In this document: positions 41,201 to 53,200 of the stretch, piece by piece
How the letters are laid out: each line of letters opens with the position of its first letter
How positions within the stretch are numbered: position 1 is the stretch's first letter
From: Lytechinus pictus
Lineage: Eukaryota
Direction: 5' to 3'
Length of the DNA: 64,000 bases
NCBI RefSeq assembly: GCF_037042905.1
Contig: NC_087251.1
Span: forward strand, 40,178,001 to 40,242,000
Position numbers and translations under genes: made by a program
Notes under the pieces: model-generated
Seen by the model: the letters and a program-made list of their open reading frames with translations, nothing else
The model's database searches: none
Told to the model about the DNA's origin: nothing

Positions 41201-44200
41201 TATAACTCGCACAAGATGTTCAGTGATACTTGGTTACTCTTATTTCCACGTTTTATGAACTAGACCAATACACTTATAGAGATATGATGGCAATTCAACA
41301 AATACCCCCAACATGGCCAAAGTTCTTTGACCTTACATGACCTTTGACCTTGATCATGTGACCTGAAACTCGCACAGGATGTTCAGTGATACTTGATTAC
41401 TATTATGTCCAAGTTTTATGAACTAGACCAACACACTTTCAAATTTATGGCTGTAATTCAACAAATACCCCAATTTGGCCAAAGTTCATTGACCCTAAAT
41501 GACCTTTGACCTTGATCATGTGACCTGAAACTTGCACAGGATGTTCAGTAATACTTGATTACTATTATGTCCAAGTTTCATGAATCAGATCCATAAACTT
41601 TCAAAGTTATGATGGTAATTCAACAGATACCCCCAATTCGGCCAAAGTTCATTGACCCTAAATGACCTTTGACCTTTTCTTTTGAATAATATATAAGTGT
41701 AATTTTTGTATGTATAATCTTGAGAGCCAATATCTGAATGATATTACAAGATTAAATAGATTTTTATCACCTGATGTTGATACCGAAGATGCTACTTTTA
41801 ACTTATCTAATAATGTTTTTTCTATTTCTAAATTTAATACCAAATTGAGGGATTGTGTGTCAAATAATAATTGTATAAATGATAAACATTTTTCATGTAT
41901 ACATATAAACTGTCGAAGTCTTTCTAAGAACCATGAGAATTTGATTTCATTCTTAAGCTGTTTAGATATCAAACCTACAATCATAGGCCTAACAGAGACT
42001 TGGATTTCCGAATCCACACCAAGTGCAATATTTAATATCGATGACTATAAATTTGTTGGTTTAGAACGTAAGAATAAAAGAGGTGGAGGAGTTGGTTTTT
42101 ACATTCGTAATGATGTTGAATACTCCCATGTAACAGAGTTTGATATCAATGAATGCCACGTAGAAGGTATATTCTTGGAATTGAAACTTTGTAATAATTC
42201 TATATATGTCGCATCTATTTACAGACCACCTGGTCAGCCCATTGGTTTATTTGTTAATTCATTATGTGCAATACTGGATAAAATAAATATATCTTGTAAA
42301 AAACTGTATTTACTAGGGGATTATAATATCGACTTGTTAAAAGTGAATAGGAATTATGAGGTTAATATTTTTTTAGACACTTTGATATCTTATTCCCTGA
42401 ACACTTTAATTCATTATCCAACCAGAGTCACTGATCACTCTGCGACTCTGTTGGATAACATCTTCACCAATGACGAAAGTGTTTTTTTGTCAGGTGCATT
42501 GTTTTCCGACATAAGTGATCACTTTCCTGTTTTTTGTTTAAGTAACACCATTCTTAACTGTAATAAAAATAATAATATATCTGGGAAGCGGCGTAACATC
42601 ACAGATCAAAACATTGCTAAATTCATTCTTGAATTAAATAAAGTTGTTTGGAATGTTGATCATGAAGATCCAAATAAGTCTTATGATAAGTTTTTAGACA
42701 AATTTTTACATGCATACAATGTATGCTTTCCATATTCCTCTTTTTCCATAACCAATAAGAATAGGAGCTATAAGCCATGGATGACAAAAGAAATACAAAA
42801 GTTAACTAAAAGAAAATGTAAGATGTATAAGAAATTTATTAAGAATCCATCTGAATATAGGAAATGTGTTTATAAGAAATCAAGAAATAAACTCACAAAT
42901 TTAATTAAAAAAACAAAAAAAGAATATTTTCGATTACAGTTCCAAAATGCCTCTGGTGATATGAAACAAACATGGAAAGTGATTAACAAAACACTTGGTC
43001 GTTCTCAAAAGAAAGCTGGTCTTGATAAAATTACATACCAGGATCAGGTCTTAACAGATAATAAAGTGATATGTAATACAATAAACAAATACTTTGTTAA
43101 CATTGGTCCGAAGTTACATTCTGAATTTACATCTAATATAAATACTCAATCTGATTTATTAAAGTATATTACTAAAAATGACAAATCTTTATTTTTGTCC
43201 CCAATAACTCCTAAAGAAATATTGGATATTGTAACTGGTTTTAAAAATAATGTCAGTGCTGGTTTTGATGGTATTGATGTCAAGGTTGTAAAAAAGTCAA
43301 TACATGTAATTGCTAAATTATTATGTGATATATTCAATTCTTCTTTTGTTACTGGGATTTTCCCAGACCAGCTTAAGATTGCAAGAGTGGTCCCTGTTTT
43401 TAAATCTGGTTCTCCTGACATTATTTCAAATTATCGTCCAATTTCCGTTTTATCCATTTTTTCAAAAATATTAGAAAGATGTATTTATTCTCGTTTACAT
43501 AGTTTCATTTCTCAGTGCAATATTCTTAACAATAATCAGTTTGGTTTTAGAAAGGGGCACTCCACATCTTCGGCCTTAGCAGAATTTGTATATAAAGTCA
43601 CAAGTGCATTAGATAAACAGGAAACAATGATTGGTCTTTTTATTGATTTAAGCAAAGCTTTTGACTCACTTGATCATGATTTATTATTACGTAAATTAAG
43701 TTATTATGGAATTAGGGGGGTTGCACTCAGTTTATTTGACAATTATTTTCAAAATCGTAAACAGTTTGTTTCGATTGATAATTTTTCTTCCTCGATGCAA
43801 GGTATAAGATGTGGAGTGCCTCAAGGGTCGATCCTCGGCCCACTTCTGTTTATAATTTACATTAACGATTTAAGTAATGTCTCCAAAATTGTGGACTCTA
43901 TATTATATGCAGATGACACCAGCTTGTTCATGTCCCATAAAAATGTGCAAACTTTACAAACTATTTTCAATAAGGAACTGAAATATGTATCTAACTGGCT
44001 TACTGTTAATAAATTAACCTTAAATGTTAAGAAATCAAATTTTTTGGTTTTTACAAATAAAAATAGATCACAATTCAAATTTGAGGTTTGTTTAAATGAT
44101 AAGCCAGTTAATGAAGTAACATTTACTACCTTTCTAGGTGTTAATGTCGATAATAAGTTAACTTGGAATGAACATGCTGGTGTCATCTGCAATAAAGTTG

Positions 44201-47200
44201 CCAAAATCGTTGGTGTTATGTATAAACTCCACACATTGCCGAAGAATATTCTTCTTTTATTGTATAATACCTTGATTTTACCATATTTGAATTATTGCAT
44301 TATAGCCTGGGGTAATGCCTTCCAAACACATATTAACAGAATATTTCTTTTGCAGAAAAAGGCCATGAGAATTATAACTCACTCTTCTTATCTCTCCCAT
44401 TCTGGACCATTGTTTACATCTTTGAAAATTTTGAATATAATGGATTTGAATAGAATGAATATTGCACTTTTCATGTTTTTCTATAAAAAGGATCTCTTGC
44501 CTAATTCACTTAAGAATTATTTTTTATTAAACACATCTGTACATACTTATTCAACAAGAAATGCTCAAAATATCCATATTCCACAGTGCAGTACTTCCAT
44601 CTTCAAAAACAGTATATTTTATCAAGGACCAGTTATTTGGAACTCAATCCCTTCTGACATTCAATCAAGCCCTTCGGTATCTGTTTTTAAAAGGAAATAC
44701 AAAACATTTTTATTGTCTAAGTCTTAGATTTATTTTCGGTTCTCCCCCCCCCCCCCATTCTCATTCGGTTAAGGTTTAGTTAGGTGTTTGTTATGTTTTT
44801 TTCTCATTGAATTTGTGATTATATGATGTTTTTAATATTTCTTTAACTTTAAGTACAATTTTTGTTATTGGGTTGGCCTCACACAAGGTTTCTTCCTTTT
44901 TGGTCATTACCTTCCTCACTTTCTTTAAATTTGATGTATATTGTGTTTACATTGTCTATTTTTTATGTATTTTTATCTTGATCTCTTGAGGAGAAATAAA
45001 TGAAACTTGAAACTTGAAACCTTGGTCATGTGATGTGAAACTCATGCAGGATGTTCAGTGATACTTGATTAACCTTATGTATAAGTTTCATGAACTAGGT
45101 CCATATATTTTCTAAGTTATGATGACATTTCAAAAACTTAACCTTAGGTTAAGATTTTGATGTTGATTCCCCCAACATGGTCTAAGTTCATTGACCCTAA
45201 ATGACCTTTGACCTTGGTCATGTGACATGAAACTCAGGCAGGATGTTCAGTAATACTTGATTAACCTTATGGCCAAGTTTCATGAACTAGGTCCATATAC
45301 TCTCTAAGTTATGCTGTCATTTCAAAAACTTAACCTCAGGTTAAGATTTGGTGTTGACGCCGCCGTCGCCGTCGGAAAAGCGGCGCCTATAGTCTCTCTC
45401 TGCTATGCAGGTGAGACAAAAATGGGAAATATATAAGCAACACAGACCAAAGTAAGTTTCAAGCATATTCACTGCTTGACAGTGAGCATTTTGCTGCAGA
45501 AAAACTCAAATCAACTCGTTTTGAAGCAGTTTAGAAGCATTGTCATTCCACTGGTTTGTACACAGAAGAACTGGGTAATCTTTCTGCTTTTCAGCTTATG
45601 AACTTGATTATTTTTTTTCTCGAATTGCAGAAGAGAATGGCACCGACAATCATCCAGTGCTCAAATGGATGGAAACGTACAACTCTTCACTAGGTTTCTT
45701 ACGATTACGAGCACATAATACGCCCGCCTGTAATGCGGAAAATTGAGTTATTGGTTAAGCTAGAAAAGTGGAAGGTGGCGACTTCACCTTTGACTGGCTG
45801 ACCTCAAAATCAATAGAATTCCTGGGATCTATGCTAGTATAATACACACCAAATTATATGAGCCTAGAATAAACTAAAGTTATCGCGTTTACAAAGACTT
45901 CAGAAGGGTAAGATGAAAATATGTGACTGTGACCTTGACCTTATGACCTCAAAATCAATAGGCTTCCTGGGATCCATGCTAGTATCATACACACCAAATT
46001 ATTTGAGCCTAGGTTAAGTTAAACTCAAGTTATCGTGTTTACAAGGACTGCAGAAGGGTAAGATGAAAACATGTCACTGTGTCCTTAACCTTTGATCTTT
46101 TGACCTTAAAATCAATAGAATTCTGGGATCCATTTTAGTATCATACACACCAAATTATTTGAGCCTAGGTTAAGTTAAACTAAAGTTATCGTGTTTACAA
46201 GGACTGCAGAAGGGTAAGATGAAAATGTGACTGTGACCTTGACCTTATGACCTCAAAATCAATAGGCTTCCTGGGATCCATGCTAGTATCATACACACCA
46301 AATTATTTGAGCCTAGGTTAAGTTAAACTCAAGTTATCGTGTTTACAAGGACTGCAGAAGGGTAAGATGAAAACATGTCACTGTGTCCTTAACCTTTGAT
46401 CTTTTGACCTTAAAATCAATAGAATTCTGGGATCCATTTTAGTATCATACACACCAAATTATTTGAGCCTAGGTTAAGTTAAACTAAAGTTATCGTGTTT
46501 ACAAGGACTGCAGAAGGGTAAGATGAAAATATGTGACTGTGACCTTGACCTTATGACCTCAAAATCAATAGGCTTCCTGGGATCCATGCTAGTATCATAC
46601 ACACCAGATTACATGAGCCTAGGTCAAGTCAAACTGAAGTTATCACGTTTACAAGGAAAAGTTAACGGACGGACGGACACCGAGCTTGATACCATAATAT
46701 GTCCCGTCTAGGACAGGCCTATAAAAAAGTTGCTAACTCAGGTTAGCAACATTCTGCTACACAGGAAATAACTCTTGATACAAAATATATGTAGCAACAT
46801 ATGTATATCCAGTTCCTTTTTGTTGCTGCACATTTCTTTATACCAATATCCAAATCCCATTTACAAGAATCAAATATTTATGGAGCTATTACAGAATTAA
46901 CATATGACTATAAAATCCATTGGATTGATTTACAATCCAAATCCCATAATAGCCTTACAAACTGACATGTGCTGAAGCTTTTCGACATGCACTCATCAGA
47001 GTTAAATCATATGAATGACTAGAACGTTAGAGCGAAACAATATATATTAGAACCGCAAGAGACAGTGGATGCTTAACGGCAAGCTGTGATTGTTTCACTC
47101 ACTTGCACATGCTCAAGGCAGCACATATCCAGCTAACAGACCCCATTCTGTGCCTCCAGAAAGAGTTTATAAGGACCCTTGCGTTACTTAGCTTTGCTCC

Positions 47201-50200
47201 AATTTACGGCTGGTACGAAGCCTAAATTGTTTATCTTGACAGCCAATCACAGCTCGCCATTTAGCATCCAGTCTCGTTCGGTTCTATAATATATTGTTTC
47301 GCTCTAACGCTCTACTCATTCATGCGATTTTACCCCGATGAGTGCATTTCGAAAAGCTTCAGCACGTCCGTTTTAAGGGTTATTTTACGATCTTGCAGTC
47401 CCAAATTTATTTATCCAAATACCATTTACAAGATTCAAATATTTATGGGGCTATTACAGAATTTATATCCTACTATTCTGTTGATATAACGCACATGTCT
47501 GTGGAGCGTTGTGGCCCAGTGGATTAGTCTTCGGACTTTGAAACAGAGGGTCGTGGGTTCGAATCCCAGCCATGGCGTAATTTCCTTCAGCAAGAAACTG
47601 ATCCACAGTGTGCTGCACTCAACCCAGGTGAGGTAAATGGGTACCGGTAGGAAGTAATTCCTTAAAAAGCTGTGTGCGCTATGAACGCCTAGCTTAGCCG
47701 GGTAATATAGGAGCGCCTTGAGCACCTAACAAGGTGGATATGTGCGCAATATAAATACCCTATATTATTATTATTATTATTATTATTATTAAAACTTACC
47801 ATGGGGCATCTGTGTGGCCAGAGGTGATGATATCGTCATGAAATGATGTTCTTTAGATCCATAGTGCACAGGCATCTGACGACCCTTACCTAGATCATCA
47901 CAGTTACCGTAACATTGATTCATCGCTGTCTCCAATGAAAAGCCCCTCCAAAGAATCACCCCTGATGAAAACAAGCAAGCAATCAAACCGTAAATCATTT
48001 AATTGTTTTTATAATAAGTTTTTAAAATTGTCAATCATGAATTTAGATTACAAAATAATGAATTTCACCTCACTGATTACACAACTCAATAATTCTAAGC
48101 ATTGATTTAAGTACTCTGTTCTGCTTCAATCAGTTTGAATTGAAGTAAGTTTTCACTGCACACCTTTGAATGGTATCTTTCATGGAATCCTTGATTTTGA
48201 TTGGCTTATGAGCCTTGTTACTATGGTAGTTACCATTGGATGGTAATGTCACAATATTAACTTTTATGCAACAGGACCCAGGTGCATTACATTTCACTGG
48301 GTTAATTTCATAAGTAGATATGATACCTCACTATTGGTGTAAAGCTAATCAGTTTCCATGTGAAAATTAGTTTTTGTAACTTTATAATTGTCAATTACTA
48401 CGATGTAAAGGGAAAATAAAATTAACAAGAATGAATTGCTCTGTATTTAGAAGTTATGATAATTAATCATGCCACTCACCTGCCTCTCTGTATTGGCCAA
48501 ATATAATATCCTTATCATTAAGAGCAGCAGCACTTCCAACATGAGTACCTTCTTCCCCATAATTGGTCATGTAGAATGATATTCTTCCCTGTAATCATAA
48601 TTCATAATATTAATCACCAACAATAAATCATTCCTAAAGGTAAATTCCTCATTTTACCAATTTTCTACCAAGTTCATGAAAATCAATAAAAATAGATATA
48701 ATCAAGTTTTATTTTGTAAAGGGGAAAAAAGGAAAATTAACTCCTGAACAAATATTCAATCTCGAATTTTTTTAAAGATGTTTTACATTCCTATGTTTAC
48801 ATCAATTTGACCAGTAAATAGAGCCTAAATGAAGAATAAATGAAGAATAAATGAAGAATGAAGAAAAAAAAATCTTCAAAGCTTATAATTTACATGTATC
48901 CATTTTACCTTGGTTTGGTTTTCTGACAATGTAAGGTATTTGAATGACATAGGAACTGGTAATTGAATGACAGGAACTTGTATTTGAATGGCATAGGAAC
49001 TGGTATTTGAATGACATATGAACTGGTATTTGAATGGCATAGGAACTGGTATTTGAATGGCATAGGAACTGGTGTTTGAATGACATAGGAACTGGTATTT
49101 GAATGGCATAGGAACTGGTATTTGAATGGCATAGGAACTGGTATTTGAATGGCATAGGAACTGGTATTTGAATGGCATAGGAACTGGTATTTGAATGGCA
49201 TAGGAACTGGTATTTAAATGGCATAGGAACTGGTATTTGAATGGCATAGGAACTGGTATTTGAATGGCATAGGAACTGGTATTTGAATGGCATAGGAACT
49301 GGTATTTGAATGACATAGGAACTGGTATTTGAATGGCATAGGAACTGGTATTTGAATGGCATAGGAACTGGTATTTGTATGGCATAGGAACTGGTATTTG
49401 AATAGCATAGGAACTGGTATTTGAATGACATACATGTTGGAACTGGTATTTGAATGATATAGTAACACCAACAGGTGTTCCACAATATGATTGATAAAAA
49501 ATATATTGTGTAGCTTGCGCAACTTGCGCATTAAAAACACACTTGGGTGATTCCATACGTGTCGTACGGGACATTTAGAGAACATTTGACAGTTTTTTTA
49601 CAAGAAAAAAAATAATAAATTCCAGTAACTAAAGGTGATCATCAAGTACTACCAGAGTGTTAGAAAAACCAAGACTTAACATGACTTGAATTCACATCCT
49701 GTATAATACAGATTTAAAATAGTAATGTGTCGTACGGACGCAGAAAAAGTGGCTTTTTTTAGAAACCTCAAGTTTGTACTCTAAAGTCTGTGAGTTGGAC
49801 TGATAATTTTCATAGAAACTGAACTCAAATTGATATTCAATTATCCAAGAACAAACACATCTATGAAAGAAAGCAAAATAAACATTCATGAATAAATAAA
49901 GCAAATTACAATTTTCAAGAACATTGTGGCGTACGGGACACCCAAAAATGTGTCGTACGGGACATCTCTAAGTTGAAGCCAAACTTTCTTACTTTATGTC
50001 TCTGTGACTTCTTCAATCACTTTATTTGGCTGATGATAATGATAATCCTATCAAACTAAAGACATTCATTATGTTAGAAACTGCTATTGGCTGAATATTT
50101 CTGTTAATATATCATAAACAAAATAATGTGTCGTACGGGACACTTGTGTGTCGTACAGGACACTTCTGTGTCGTACGGGACACTTGTGTGTCGTACGGGA

Positions 50201-53200
50201 AACTTGTGTGTTGTACAGGCACTTGCGTGTTGTACTGGGCAGCCTGAATAAAACAATGAACTTTTTGTCTATCAGAAGGGGAGCATTGCCCCTAAATTCT
50301 TTCCTTTTTAATGAAAAGTCTTTTATTAAGTAGTCATTCAGGACAATATAATTAAGTAACCTCAATATATACAATCGGGAGCAAAATGTTATCATTTTTT
50401 TTCATGATGGGAAATGTACGCGGGTTCATTCACAGCATGTTTACGAGCTGAAAAACTTGAGGTTTTGTGTGAAGTTATATTTTAGTGAATTAATTGATGA
50501 TTTCCAATACACTATTTAAACAATGAATGAATGAAACTGTTTGTGTAAATTATGGGGCTAAAATGTAATTATTTTTCATATAAAATGTATATATACATGA
50601 TATATGTCACAACTGTCACTTGTAATTCCACAAAATATTTTTTTCTAAAGAAATGCGGTTCTACTTTTTCAAACCTATCTGCATTTCATGAAACCATATG
50701 GTTTGTCTTATTTTCCAGATTTTTTTTTTTTACAACTTGAAAAAAGTAAGGAGTTTCAATACTGTATATAAAAAAATTAATGATCATCAAGGGAAGTCCA
50801 AATAGATGATTGATATGTAATTTTTTTTTACATCTTATAATAATTCCACATCAGCATGCAAGAAGAAGTCATCTTCCAGGCTAGGGTGAATCAATTATAA
50901 AGGTTTTCTTTTCATGCTCAATGACAAAGAAATTAACCTGCTCTGACTAGTGAAAATCACCAGTTTAGCTGAAGGGATTCAAAAAAGAATACGCCTACAT
51001 GAAATCAATTAAAATGGTTAGCATCACCTATTTCATGTTCTATGGAGATAAAAAAGTGCTTTTTCAGTTCACTTTATGTCAAATCAATTACTTAAATTAA
51101 AATAGGCCTACTATTTATAGTTTCTGAATCCAAATCCTGCAATTAAATGCATTATATATTGTGTGTCGTACGGGACAACTTTTAATAGGACAATTATTGA
51201 AAAATGAAGGGCAGTAATTAGATCCTTATGGGATAAATTGATCACCCATGGGTCAAAGAAAGAGAAACTGATATTGTGAAATTGCATCATCAAAAATAAA
51301 ATTGTAGGAAAAACTTTTGCATTTTCATGTGTCGTACGGGACATTGCCAAAAATAGGTTCGGAAAAATCAGGGCTGCCCCTATTATGGATCATGAAAATG
51401 TTGTAGATATTATTTGGAACCATCAATGATACATTATTCCATTGACCTGCAATATTTTCAATCTTCTCGTGCTTTGCCAATAATTGTTTCAGGCAGTGTT
51501 TGTACTTGACTATTTAATTAGCAAAATTATTGAAAATTTGAAATTCCATTGTTCCCCCCAAAAAAAACTATATCTGACTTCACTTTTGGTTAAAACTCAT
51601 AATTTTTCATAAAATTTAGGTATCATAGTAAAATATTACACTACTTATGACTTATTGAAAGCATGTTGAAATTTATGATAATTTTGAAGTTCTAGTGTGG
51701 AATCGCCCACTTGAACTGGCAGAGCTGGGGACCGTTTCATGAAGTTGTCAGCACTGACAACTTGTCTTTCTCCGACAGTTACCATGGTAACAGTCAGAGG
51801 TTAGTGCCTTTCAGCAGATCAAAACCAAGGATTTCACTGAAATTGTCAGCTCTGACAATTTAGTCAGCACTGACAACTTTCATGAAACACCCCCCTGGCG
51901 TTCAGATGTTGTCTTTCAGAGCTGAGTATGTCATAGACAATGCAAAGATAAATACTATACAGAATTTCTTTATTGTACCTGTCTTTGTGATTCATAAAGA
52001 ATTTTATCCATGGTGTTGAGGGTAGTCATTGTTTTATACATCTTGGTAACTGTTTCCTTATCCAAACCAGGGTCTTGCTCAGGGTCAATGACCTCTCCAT
52101 CTCGGTTCATTACACGATAGACAGGAATCCCATCATATTCGTCTGGCTTCAGGAATTCAAGCTTTTCTGAGAATACAGACTTGGAGCCAGGGAACTGGGG
52201 CTTGTCGTCATCAACAGCAAACTCTTGCAATCTTGTGGCCTGTGTACATGATATGAAAAGGGCATGAAGCAAAGTATGGAGGAAACTTGTTGAAATCGCT
52301 ATGTTATGTTGAAAATGACGGTGCTAATGCAGTTTTCCATCCAATGACTTCAAGCAAATTTACCCACCAATTCATTGTAAGCCTCTCAATCAAATTTCAA
52401 GGTCAACGTGCCTACCACTTTTCTGAATATTACATTCGGGAATGGCTGTGTTTCTGCTTCGTTCTCGTTCAATTTCTCGGTCATCATTTCGCTTGGCTTC
52501 ACCATAATGGACTGAAGTTAGAGACAAAATCATGTGAATATGTCGCTAGCAAATGGGTGAGCTGGCGCAGGCAGATCTTTTGGTTGCTAACTTCAGTCCA
52601 CATCAAAACTATGGATTCGCCATAGTTTTATCGCCATTCATCAAAACTATGGATTCGCCATAGTTTTGATATGGACTAAAGACCTTTGATATATAGTTTT
52701 GATACGTACAATACTCTACAAAGACTGTGCATAATAGAAAAGGAAGAAGCCAAAGCATGCCAAGTGAAGCAATGTCTGAATGAGAATTCGACGTGAGCCA
52801 AAAATTCAGAAAAGTGGTGCGCATATTGACTTGCTATGACATTTGCGAACAATTCAAGTATGTGATCCTGTGTGCAGCCGTCCCCTGTAAGCAGTTGGTC
52901 ATCAATAAAAATCAAGAATTTAAAAATATTTTTGATATTCCTTCAGAAAATAACTTGGACAATCTGTATTTTATCTCTGAAAAAGAGTGTCGCTATGGCC
53001 AGCACATAATACGCCTGCCTTGTAAAGCAGAAAATGGAGTTATTGATCAAGCAAGAAAAGTGGAAGGTGGTGACTTCACCTTTGACTTTCTGACCTCGAA
53101 ATCAATAGAATTGCTGGGATCTATGCTGGTATCATACACACCAAATTATATGAGCCTAGGTTAAGTTCAACTAAAGTTATCGTGTTAACACTTGAGACTT

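Larger units (their letters stand above)
41124..45422 (-). mobile_element. Helentron-associated interspersed element (HINE/DINE-1-like, family 1), split by the LINE
   Basis: Subterminal IRs gtctcacctgcat (41146) / atgcaggtgagac (45405), T-run at the 5' end, (gcc)-type microsatellite at 45357-45387, ~160-190-bp tandem core units. Confidence 0.75.

Noticed and set aside
41658..44234. Antisense ORFs 41658-42017, 43146-43421, 43857-44234
   Set aside because: Shadows of the LINE ORF2 reading frame.
47503..47575. tRNA gene
   Set aside because: Continues into a SINE body and (tta)n tail.
48876..49585. Long ORFs in all three minus frames
   Set aside because: They arise from a stop-free 23-bp minisatellite and have no protein-like content.
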